DNA of 36,971 nucleotides from Octopus bimaculoides. Taxonomy: Eukaryota. The first letter of the stretch is position 1. Every line of letters begins with the position of its first letter. Positions 22,988-35,445 of the stretch are shown here, piece by piece. The DNA is taken from contig NC_068985.1 in the NCBI RefSeq assembly GCF_001194135.2, forward strand, positions 37,678,049-37,715,019. Direction: 5' to 3'. The notes beneath the pieces are model-generated. The model had not been told where the DNA came from, did not search any database, and saw only the letters and a list, made by a program, of their open reading frames with translations. Position numbers and translations under genes: made by a program.

Positions 22988-23570
22988 GTCCTCACTGCGT
23001 GGCCCTTTGGGCGAATGTTCTCTACTATAGTACCCGCCGAGGAAACCCTCGTTAGTGGGTTCGGTACATGGAAACTGAATGAAGACCATCGCACCCACAC
23101 ACATACACTTACACACACATGTACCTATACACACGTACACACACATACACATATGTATATGTAGTTAATTAAAATGACGGAGAAAAAGATAAGAAAAAAA
23201 GAAACAACAATGTTAGGTCGTAGCACATGTAAAGTATTAATAAGACGCTCGGAGAAGGAAAAGAGTGGTTGTTATGTATGTATGTATGTATGTATGTATG
23301 TATGTATGTATGTATGTATGCATGTATGTAAGTATGTTTGTATGGGTGTCTATGTGTCTTTGTGGTTGTCTCCACTACCGCTTAACAGCCAGTGTTATTT
23401 TGCTTATATCCCGAACTTAGCAGCTCGATAAAAGAGGCCGATGGAATAACTAATAGGCTTTAAGAAAATGAGTACTGGGGTCAATAGTTTCGAACAAACT
23501 ATTGAAGAGGTTGATGTAGCATGGCCTTAGTCCAATGACTAAAAGCGGTTAAAGCTAAAATATAAAAGAT
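22988..23570 (+). mobile_element. Family A SINE, strongly diverged, head truncated
   Basis: cactgcgtggccctttgggcgaatgttctctactatag...ggaaactgaatgaagacc, then microsatellites, then 3' half gaacttagcagctcgataaaagaggccgat...agcatggccttagtccaatgactaaa. Confidence 0.65.
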
Positions 23571-23755
23571 ACTGATGTTTCGAGTTCTCTTTTCCTGATT
23601 GCATTTCCACACCTATTATACACAGTATGTATATATGTATGCATGTATCGATATATGTGTGTATGTGTGTATGAATGGATGTACACTCTCACACTTATCT
23701 ACACACGCACACAGGTATATATATATATATGTATATAGCATAAGCACAGTAGAGG

Positions 23756-23960
23756 GGCATGGCTAAGTTATGAGGGTGTTGCAGCAACGGTTGTAAGATA
23801 GTGATTTCGATTCCTGGACCGGGCGATGTGTTGTGTGAATGAGATGAACACTTTACTTCACGTTGCTCCAGTTCACTCAGATGCCAAAAATGAGTAATCC
23901 TGCGATGGACTGGCATTCTATCCATGTGGAGAATATATACACCACAGAATCATGGAAAAC
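23756..23960 (+). mobile_element. tRNA-derived SINE, family D, diverged
   Basis: gcatggctaagt head, B-box-like ATTTCGATTCC, cacgttgctccagttcactcag core-like part and cctgcgatggactggcattctatcc 3' part typical of SINE2 tails. Confidence 0.6.
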
Positions 23961-24195
23961 AGTTTTATGAGTCTATGGTTCAGGAAGTGCTACTGATCTT
24001 ATTTTTTCTGTTTGTTTGCTTTTAGTATAAGCACACAAACCGGCACAAATCAAATTAAACATCTGTGTATATCTTTTAACTGGTACTAGAACGTGAGATA
24101 CATTTGCTGTGGCATTTGTTTCAGGTAAAATTTCTTTGTATACATATTTTGTGGGAAAACACATCGACTCAAGCTCCAAATGTCGTCAGCAGACA

Positions 24196-24236
24196 ACCTG
24201 ACTCATTGTTTCGCCGTGTCTCGCCTCTTCAGTGAA
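24196..24236 (-). ncRNA. Degenerate hammerhead-ribozyme-like motif
   Basis: Minus strand reads CTGAAGA-GGCGAGACACGGC-GAAAC-AATGA-GTC. All core boxes are in order with a GUC triplet, but stems I and II pair poorly. Confidence 0.3.
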
Positions 24237-24529
24237 ATTTACCACCTCGGTCACTTGTGTTCATATATTTTCACAGAGAGACAAAGATAAAACAAATTTG
24301 AGAGTATGTTGAAAGCTTGAATTAGTTCAGTACAAGAACATCAAGCACCGATGTACAAAATATAGGTGTGTACATTTATTTTTAACATGCTGCAAACTGG
24401 AACGTGAAAAGCATTCTCTATTTGATTTACCGTTAGGACATATGTATAGAGTTTGCGAACTATGGCCTGTCCTCTTATATACATATACTTACATCTATTT
24501 GCACACACATATGCACATATGTAGTGGTT

Positions 24530-24830
24530 GTCTGCTCCTTATGCAGAATTTGACCACCTCCTGTACCTACTCATTAGATCCATTATGGCGTCTGATGCGG
24601 CTTTTTAAACCAGACAATGTATTGAAAAGACACCCACCAAAAGCTGCAGTTAAGTTCTGATCTTTGTGGATCTTAAAATGTCTATTGAAGCTTCCGTTAG
24701 ATTCGCAGACCTCATGGCATACATGGCATTGAAAGGTGTGCACAGACATTTAGGCAGAATTGTTGGTGGAGGTTCGTTTTTCTTAGATCCGCAAATGAGA
24801 TTTGAGCCCTGCGAAAGAAATACATGAATC
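24530..24830 (-). mobile_element. LINE (RTE-like) 3' end with zinc-finger-like C-terminus, decayed
   Basis: DLRKTNLHQQ, then FQCHVCHEVCESNGSFNRHFKIH and FNTLSGLKSRIRRH before a stop, followed by a CATAT/GT-type tail. Confidence 0.5.
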
Positions 24831-25084
24831 TAATCACATATGTATATGTATATATAAACACACACACGCATACACAAATACATACGCATATAAAAATGTC
24901 ACTGAGCCTGCATGTCGTCGCTTGATCCGCTATAAACATCAACCAAATCAACTTATAATCGCACCCTGCCATGGTTTCTGTCACTGAAGATGTTATATAA
25001 AGGAGAGCTGTTCACAATTTTTCTCCATATTTGAATAAGTTTGATTTCACAAGCGTCTGCGGTAAATTTAGATTTACTCCAGAA

Positions 25085-25359
25085 CAGTACTAATCAAAGT
25101 GGTGGTCCGCGAGCCATCAGTTGCCGGTACGCGGCGAGTTTCCAGAAAAGAAAGAAGCATTATAGAATGCTTATGTAATATTGTATGATTTGTTTACAAA
25201 ATAAATATAAGATAAAAAAAATTGTCAACTTTTATAATATTCATTATATATATTGTTTCCAGTATAAATTAATATTACTAAGAAATATTACCGGTCCCTG
25301 ACACATTGGAAAAAAAAAAAACTATCGGTACGCCACGTCAGATAGTTTGAGAAGCACTG
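25085..25359 (+). mobile_element. hAT-type MITE, copy 1
   Basis: Ends CAGTACTAATCAAA and TTTGAGAAGCACTG; co-linear with 31942-32228 throughout; no recognisable TSD. Confidence 0.85.
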
Positions 25360-25429
25360 CCTAAATTCAAGGTATTCAAGGTAAGTGCTTTTCTGACAGT
25401 AAACGACAAACATACAGAAAAGCACTTAC

Positions 25430-25563
25430 CAAACTTGAGAACAGCATGCGACATTCATGCAAATTGATTTTATTTGGATTAAACCCAAGATGGTACGGAT
25501 CCCCCACTGTTTGATTAATTCAAACAAGTTACAAGAATCTTGGGAAAACAGGTCAGAAGACAT
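25430..25563 (-). CDS. Candidate coding exon of an unidentified gene
   Basis: AAA-ATG context, open frame MSSDLFSQDSCNLFELIKQWGIRTILGLIQIKSICMNVACCSQV, ending at a consensus donor TTTG|GTAAGT. No recognisable family and no partner exon found. Confidence 0.2.
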
Positions 25564-26025
25564 TTTAGCAGTACATCTACTTCAGATGATCTGTTACTTC
25601 ATATTTTGGATTAAATTTTTAGGTATAGATTATCTCAGTGCAAGTATCTGATCTGTATTCAATCACTTTGCATTTCAAAAACAGCATGCTTGGAAATATG
25701 ATCAAATACTTCAACATTGAGTTCCTTTGCATTGTAAAAGACTAGGTAAACGATTTTTCTTTTAGATTCAAGGTATTTTCGACCGGTGTCAGGATCAGGA
25801 GGCTTTCTATAGCGAAGAGTAACGATAATTACCGCAGCTGCTGCATGACATAAATTAAATAGAATAGAGTTAGTTGTTTCATTAAAAAAAAGAATATAAT
25901 TTTTGTTTTACCAAGAATATTGACGTCTATGTGTAACTATGTGCGTGCATCAACAAATATATATGTAAATTCTAAGTAGAAACATATATACGAACATATG
26001 TATGTCTACGTGAACTAGTTTGTGT

Positions 26026-28322
<2,297 letters not shown>

Positions 28323-29189
28323 CATACATTTTAAATAGATATAAGCGAGATATTGGGTGAAAAATTAGCAAATCTCATTTGAATATCAGAGAAATATACC
28401 TAGTAGATATAGCAAAAAGGTTAGATATGTATAAATATTGACAGATAATTACGAAATTTGTAATTTTTAAGTGATCCCATATGAGATCACTGATAGGTAA
28501 TAGGTTAAAGGCCTCGATACATTTTATGTCAACGGAGAAAGATCGATAGCTTGACAGCATAAAGTCCTAATATTTCTCCTAACATTTATAATTTTTAAAT
28601 AGAAGATATACCGGCATTAAATCAGACTATCCAGTATATTCAATGTTGTATGCAATTAGAGAATTAATTAGGTTACCAGCCAATGTTTGGTTTTGAAAAT
28701 TAGAATTGTCATTTCCAGCACGTTTGGGTTTGTATTTGATATAAATAGCAATAAACTACCGGTATCTCCATAGAAACATAATAAACGTGGATTGTAGCTG
28801 ACGAATCTCCAAAGATAAAAATAATGAGAACGATCCCTATGATTTTTATGATTTTGAAGAGCTATAAACATTTGATTACATTTCACGGTGTACCTATAGT
28901 TTATGATTGCAAGTATGTTTACATTCTGAAGAGTATTATAGAAACGGTTGAAAGATCGCTTTGTAAATGCAGATATCATCAAAGAAAACAAGAACTTACT
29001 ATGCATGTGTGTGTGTATGTGTGTGTGTAGTGCAGATATGACTGTGTAGGTATGAATGCATGTGTTCAGACAAAACATACAGATGAAATATGTTCCAAAT
29101 GTTTTAAGGCCATCACGCTGAAAATAACATGACAGTACGAAAAGAACAGTTCAGTTTTATTTTTATATCGTAGTCAGGCTCAAAACTAC

Positions 29190-29203
29190 ATGTATATGTA
29201 TAT

Positions 29204-29274
<71 letters not shown>

Positions 29275-29301
29275 NNNNNNNNNNNNNNNNNNNNNNNNNN
29301 N

Positions 29302-29343
<42 letters not shown>

Positions 29344-30270
29344 TGTGTGTGTGTGTGTATTATGTAGATAGGCTTGTACGCACATATGTGCATGTGTTTG
29401 TGCGTCTGTATCTACACATCTGTTGATCTTGATACTCATATTAATACAACATACTTTTCATTCATGTGTCTATATTTATCTTCTGATAGCTAGATAAGGT
29501 AGGTTTTGCACTGTATGATTCATGGTTTGAGAGATTTTTATATGGAACAATATTGCAGTGTTTATTTCGTTCTCACTCTTTTTTTTTCTCTTCTTTTATT
29601 ATTTTTTTTTCATTAGGTAGATAAATCCAGAATTATATTTTGAATAGCTTTACTTCTATAGCTAAATAACAACAATAACAAGAAGAAAACAAAAAGCATA
29701 TTTAAAAAACTGACAAGCGTTAAAAAAATGGTATATGAAGCCATACAATAGCCCGAAACTTGTAGCGCATCCTTGCGGACATGCGAACGTACATACAAAC
29801 ATACATGCATACATGCGTGCGCGCACACACACACACACACGCGCACACATACATACATACATGCATGAATACATACATAACTGCGTGCATACACACACAT
29901 ATACATGTATACAAAAATACATACATATATACATACATACGAAAATGCATACATACATACATACATACATACATACATACATACATACATGCATACATAC
30001 ATACAANNNNNNNNNNATACATACATACATACATACATACATGCATACATACATACAAACATACATACAATAAGGTACAGCTATACATATACCTGTTTAT
30101 GCCGTTGATGTTTATAGTCATGTTCTTTCTCTTACACGTAGCTTCGACTGTACGCTACGTGCACAGAACAACTGGTTGAAATGGCGTGTGTGTGTGTATG
30201 TGAGTGAATCAGTGTGTGTGTGTGTTTGTGTGTGCGCGTGTGTGTGTAAGTGTATGTGTGTATGTGCGTG
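29190..30270. repeat. Microsatellite field: (CA)n, (TA)n, (TACA)n, (TG)n
   Basis: Direct inspection; gaps 29275-29301 and 30007-30016. Confidence 0.85.
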
Positions 30271-30827
30271 CGTGTGTGTGCTTGTATTGGACTTATTTTT
30301 CAGTTTTGTCTTTCCTTCGGAGAATTCAAACCCGTTACTGACAAAGCAAAAATCTTTTGTCTAAATCGCAGCCGCCATTGGGATTTGCGACGTTTTGGAT
30401 TGGTCGATGACGTTCATCAACCAACCCAGGTATCCAAGTACGTGTGTGCTTTGTGAGTCGGTGTGAGTGTGTGTGTAGATGAACCTGCACTCATGGGCAT
30501 ACCTAGCACTGTATAATACAAGTGCATGTTTCATTACTATTTATATGCACGCGTTCAAATGTATTGTATGTGCATATAGGATTGTAAGCATATGTTCACC
30601 CAGGCACTTCCCAGACATTTCAAATGGAGAATACCTGAAATGTTTTACAAATTTTCACTGCTTAGACCGATTATCTCTGAAGAATGCGAATCAGTTTGCT
30701 CTGCTTGTGTTCTCATTTTTATTTTTCTGAAGCTCCCAGAGATTTCTAGGTCTCTACACAGACCTGTCATTTTCGTAGGTCCCGATGCAGATCTGTTGTT
30801 ACGCAGAATAAGCAAAAATAAATGAAA

Positions 30828-31060
30828 GGCGACGAGCTGGTAGAAACGTTAGCACGCCGGGCGAAATGCTTAGCAGTATTTCGTCTGCCGTTACGTTCTG
30901 AGTTCAAATTCCACCGAGGTCGACTTTGCCTTTCATCCTTTCGGGGTCGATAAATTAAGTACAAGTTACGCACTGAGGTCGATGTAATCGACTTAATCCC
31001 TTTGTCTGTCCTTGTTTGTCCCCTCTATATTTAGCCCCTGGTGGGCTATAAAGAAATAAG
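30828..31060 (+). mobile_element. Family B SINE, alternative-tail subfamily, with 11-bp TSD
   Basis: Well-preserved head and body; tail aatccctttgtctgtcc...aaagaaataag. AATAAATGAAA occurs at 30817-30827 and 31061-31071. Confidence 0.92.
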
Positions 31061-31109
31061 AATAAATGAAAATATATAGCATCAATAGAAAAAGTGTTGT
31101 AGGTTTTAT

Positions 31110-31690
31110 AGAAAGCAATCCATAGATATCCTTTACCCATTTTTAAATAAGAGACATTCATATTGGCTAGGCAATGATCTCTACTACAATGCACAACTTT
31201 TGCTTCGTTTTCAATACAACTATACCTAACCTGTTATGCTTGTTGCTGTTTTCATTGAACGTTCCACCAGTAGTCTTAATTTTTTAGTGTGTATTTACTC
31301 TCAGGCTCTGTTGTGCATTTTTTATGGCAATCAGGACTATTGTTCCTATGTATAACATTGCAGACCGTCTTAGCGACAATGTTTATGCCCGATGGAAAAG
31401 TGGTACATCAAGCATTTTTGAACTACTTACAGTTGATGTAAGTAATATCTTCCACGCTGGTATAGCATGATCAACATTTTCTATCACTGCGAGATGGCTT
31501 AGCGACAACATTATTATTGTTTTGGTTGAACAAGAGTTTAATAGCTAACTCCTGTTTTTTGAATAGCAAAGGCATAGCCATCTATGCGAGATGTAATGTA
31601 TTTATCACATGTCGAATGAGAGATTTCTAGTCCTTTCAATGTTACCAACATTCTTTGATTTGTAGGACATGTGACCATGCATAACCTTCT
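31110..31690 (-). pseudogene. Second R4/Dong-like retrotransposon fragment (CCHC-RLE region), heavily decayed
   Basis: Minus strand: DGYAFAIQK, SDRKC*SCYTSVEDITYI, IVAKTVCN, DYWWNV, KHNRLGIVV...CIVVEI (eroded PD-(D/E)xK region); homologous to 17490-17960. Confidence 0.7.
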
Positions 31691-31699
31691 GCTGATATC

Positions 31700-31755
31700 T
31701 TTTATCTTTTACCTATTTCAGTCATTAGACTGCCGCCATGCTGGAGCACCGCATT
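31700..31755 (-). mobile_element. Family A SINE 3' tail fragment
   Basis: ttttacctatttcagtcattagactgccgccatgctggagcaccgc matches 11826-11880. Confidence 0.8.
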
Positions 31756-31941
31756 GAAGTGAGTATCTTGCTCCCCAATCTCTGCATACGTAGGTAAGAC
31801 GAGTCAGCTTTGATTCATATGGAGCTACTGTAGACTCGGAGTACTTGCTCTGGAATTTTTTTGTTCAATCTCATTATGTTACTACCTTCACTGCTACTAC
31901 TTTCATTTCTCTCTTTACTGTTCAGTGGCTGTTGTCTAAAT

Positions 31942-32228
31942 CAGTGCCACTCAAATTGGTGGCCCGTGAACCATCAGCTGCCGGTACACGGTGAGTTTCC
32001 AGAAAAGAAAGAAACATTATAAAATACTTACAAAATGCTTATGCGATATTGTATTATTCGTTTACAAAATAAATATAAGATTAAAAAAAAATTGTTAACT
32101 TTCATAATATTCATTATATATATGTTTTCCGGTATAAATTAATATTACAAAGAAATATTACTGGTCCCTAGCACAAAGGAAAAAAAAAAACTGCCGGTAC
32201 GTAACATCAGTTAGTTTGAGAAGAACTG
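31942..32228 (+). mobile_element. hAT-type MITE, copy 2, with perfect 8-bp TSD
   Basis: TIRs CAGTGCCACTCAAA and TTTGAGAAGAACTG; GTCTAAAT at 31934-31941 and 32229-32236. Confidence 0.92.
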
Positions 32229-32510
32229 GTCTAAATGACACAATGCAGCACCCAAAGGCAGCCTGGTCTGATCTTAAGCCTCTCCCTCGCCCATAATTCC
32301 ATTTAACTCACCTCCTGTCAGTATCACTGTTGACGTGAAAGCCATTGCTAGTATCTTCCTAGTCCCTGATGTCTAAGTCGCTGATTTCAGTCTAATGTTT
32401 CAAATGCTGGTACAAACATATATTAAAGGGACTATATCATATTAATACTGACACTGATAATGTCCGAAGCAGTAGCAGTAGCTGTCGGACCTGTGGTAAT
32501 AATAGCTGTA

Positions 32511-32697
32511 AGGCGGTGATCAGGCAGAATCGTTAGCGTATTGGACAAAATGCTTAGCGGCATTTCCTCCGGTTTTACGGTCTGAGTTCAAATTCTGCCG
32601 AGGTCGACTTTGCTTTCCATCAATTCGGGATCGATGTAATCGGCTATCCCCGCCACCCCACAACCACTGAAATTGCTAGCCTTTTGCCAAAACTGAA
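32511..32697 (+). mobile_element. Family B SINE with internal deletion
   Basis: aggcggtgatcaggcagaatcgttagc...gagttcaaattctgccgaggtcgactttgc; followed by a triplet microsatellite. Confidence 0.8.
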
Positions 32698-32698
32698 G

Positions 32699-32722
32699 AC
32701 ATCATCATCATCATCATCATCA

Positions 32723-32793
<71 letters not shown>

Positions 32794-32820
32794 TGTAGTA
32801 GTAGTAGTTGTAGTAGTAGG
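32699..32820. repeat. Compound (ATC)n(ATT)n(AGT)n microsatellite
   Basis: Direct inspection. Confidence 0.95.
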
Positions 32821-33555
32821 TGTACACACCAGTCCATCTTACATGATGGACATGATGCTCATCGAATTTTGTGAATATTATTTTGTACCAACCTTTTGTT
32901 GATCCACTTTTTAGCTCTTTCATATTCATTCATATGTGTTGATAATGAGCCACCAGTGGTGGAAATTACTTCGACGCTCATTGCCGTACATTAATGCCTT
33001 TGTTGTTTACTTAAGTAAATATCTACGATTACAACAATAATCCAGACAATAATGCAGTTCCTTTCTGCAAAGATGTTGATGGTGTTAGTAGGTATTCAGC
33101 GTCGAAAAAAGAGAAAAAATAGAAACCATTAAAAATCAGTAGATAAATGTATGTGTGTGGAGTTGAGGTTATTTTGTTTATTACTCACTCGGAGAGAGAA
33201 AATATAATTGGCAGTGGTTGCATATGAGCAGTGATAGAAGAAGTATTGCGTCGCTCCGTTTCGTTAATGCATTGTTTATGATCAGAAGTATGCCGTTGTT
33301 TTATTTATCTGATTTACTCAAAATAATTTACTGTACTGTAGTATTCGCATGGAATAAATGCAGTGTGAGAAATATCGCTTGCATTTAATGGCAGTAGTTA
33401 GTCTTATATCATTTTGTTCATAATTAAAAGAACATTCTGTTATCATGTTTGTCCATTAAGTATTCCTTGTCTACGCACAAGCTGAAAGCTATTTCAACCA
33501 TATAGTTAATTCTGACATATAATGTTGGTGTTATGAAATAATATTGCATGCATAC

Positions 33556-33672
<117 letters not shown>

Positions 33673-33742
33673 TTGTTCAAGAAGTCTACAACAGTGCTCA
33701 TAGATAATACAGTTCTATATTTAAGAGATGAGGAATTATGTA

Positions 33743-33909
33743 CATTATTTACATTATTTACATTATTTACATTCGACGGATATTTGTCCTCATCTTGTTT
33801 GTTGCTAATACAACGTTTCGGCATATGGCGGAGTGGTTAAGAGCGCGTGCCACTAACCCCAAGATTCCGAGTACCATTCTAAGCAGTGACCTGAATAATA
33901 ATAATAATG

Positions 33910-33941
<32 letters not shown>

Positions 33942-33995
33942 TANNNNNNNNNNCGAGTTCCATTCTAAGCAGTGACCTGAATAATAATAATAATG

Positions 33996-34027
<32 letters not shown>

Positions 34028-34194
34028 TATAATAATAATAATGACATCGATAAATACCTTAGGAATGAGAACCCAGGTTCAAAATTTCCCCAAGACACCT
34101 GAAGAAGGCTGGAGGGTATATCAGCCGAAACGTTGTGTTAACAACAAACAAGATGAGGACAAATATCCGTCGAATGTAAATAATGTAAATAATG
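33743..34194 (+). mobile_element. Non-autonomous Penelope-like/SINE composite element (inverted partial terminal repeat, tRNA-like head, (AAT)n, hammerhead, tail)
   Basis: 33752-33822 is the reverse complement of 34124-34194 (2 mismatches in 71 nt). A-box TGGCGGAGTGG at 33826-33836, B-box-like GAGTACCATTC at 33869-33879, (AAT)n 33894-34043, hammerhead 34094-34139, (AATGTAAAT)n tail. Confidence 0.7.
34094..34139 (+). ncRNA. Minimal type I hammerhead ribozyme
   Basis: Stem I GACAC/GTGTT; core CTGAAGA plus an extra A; stem II GGCTG-GAGGGTATAT-CAGCC; GAAA; loopless palindromic stem III ACGT; GUU cleavage triplet at 34132-34134. Confidence 0.75.
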
Positions 34195-34579
34195 CTCATA
34201 GATGTTTCGTGCTTTCACATACTGCTGAGGTCGACGAGGAAAAGCGGTTACAGTTCTTTTAGTTGAGTAAATTTAACTTTTCTAAAGTTAAGAACTACAA
34301 CATTGTTTGAAACGATGTTTTCAAGAACATAAGATTACTGATAAATGACGAAAGGTATATACTTTGGTATATCTAACTCGGTGAGAAGACTGGTTATTTG
34401 CAAAGAATAGAACCTAATGGAGCCCAATAATATGAAGAGGTTTCAGAAATAGCACCAGATCAGGTGACTTTGTTAGGCAGAAGTACTTTCTGCTCTTAGA
34501 ATCTGTTGATGTGTTGGTGAGACAAGTAAGTTAATATGGGGATGCTTTATTGAGTGTCTGAGTATGTATGTGTGTGTGT

Positions 34580-34618
<39 letters not shown>

Positions 34619-35445
34619 GAGAGAGAAAAGAGAGAATGCAGAGAGAGGTAGTTCACGGTAAGTTTATGGAGAAATTAAAATCGAGCTCAATACTTTAATT
34701 GAGTAAATATTTGATACATAAGTTACAATCCCAGCTTATAATACTCCATTACTCAGAGTTTCTTGTCCATATCTTCGTATAGTCTTTAGAGCAGTCTAAA
34801 TGATTTTAGCTTTTGCGACGACTGGATTTTCGACTTTCTTCAGAAAGTTCCCTTTCTTCGGAAACAAAGAGAGCAGACTCCTTGTTGTAGTTGCGACAGC
34901 TCTGGGCCTGAAATAAAATGACTGAAGCATGTTTAAAAACGTATGAGAAACAGAATTATCACCCAATGTTATTTTAATCCTGAAGCAACGCTCTTCAAAC
35001 ATTTTCACGTCACACTTATGTATCGTCTGTATAATCGAAAACAACAAAACATCCGCATTTTTACCAAATATTTTTACTTGCAGAGTTTTAGGCTGGATAT
35101 CAACCGCATCAATCTAATCAGTTTGGATATCGACTGCATCAGTCGATGAATTACAAAGGATATGAAATATGAAGACTCTCAGGTGAAAGAACTATTTGGT
35201 AGCAATGCTCTAAACGATAATATTTTGCCTTCAGCCAATCTCTGCTATTAGTGTTCGTTGTTTTTATTTTTACCGTTATTTTACCACTAAAAGAATCCAT
35301 GGTGCAATCTAAAACTAAGCAACGTGTGAGAGTTACGACATTAAAAACTGTCACATCTGTTTAATAAATTGAAGCAGTTTGTTCTCTGAAAATGTAAATC
35401 ATGTTACCGTCTGTAAATCATGTTTAAACCACCTGGTCCGTGAAC

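Noticed and set aside
25766-25850. Acceptor-like tttttcttttag followed by a GC-richer stretch
   Set aside because: Frames close quickly or give no recognisable peptide; no supporting upstream exon.
28798-28825. CTGACGA followed by an ATCT/AGAT stem
   Set aside because: GAAA box, stem III and cleavage triplet are missing.
33954-34043. Apparent tandem duplication of the B-box/(AAT)n segment
   Set aside because: It straddles a 10-N gap; most likely an unmerged contig overlap.
34943-35149. ORF with RNRII...YFNP...KHF...LYNRK, faintly like a Penelope RT/GIY-YIG linker near the second hammerhead
   Set aside because: Too few matching residues to support by eye; needs TBLASTN against Penelope proteins.
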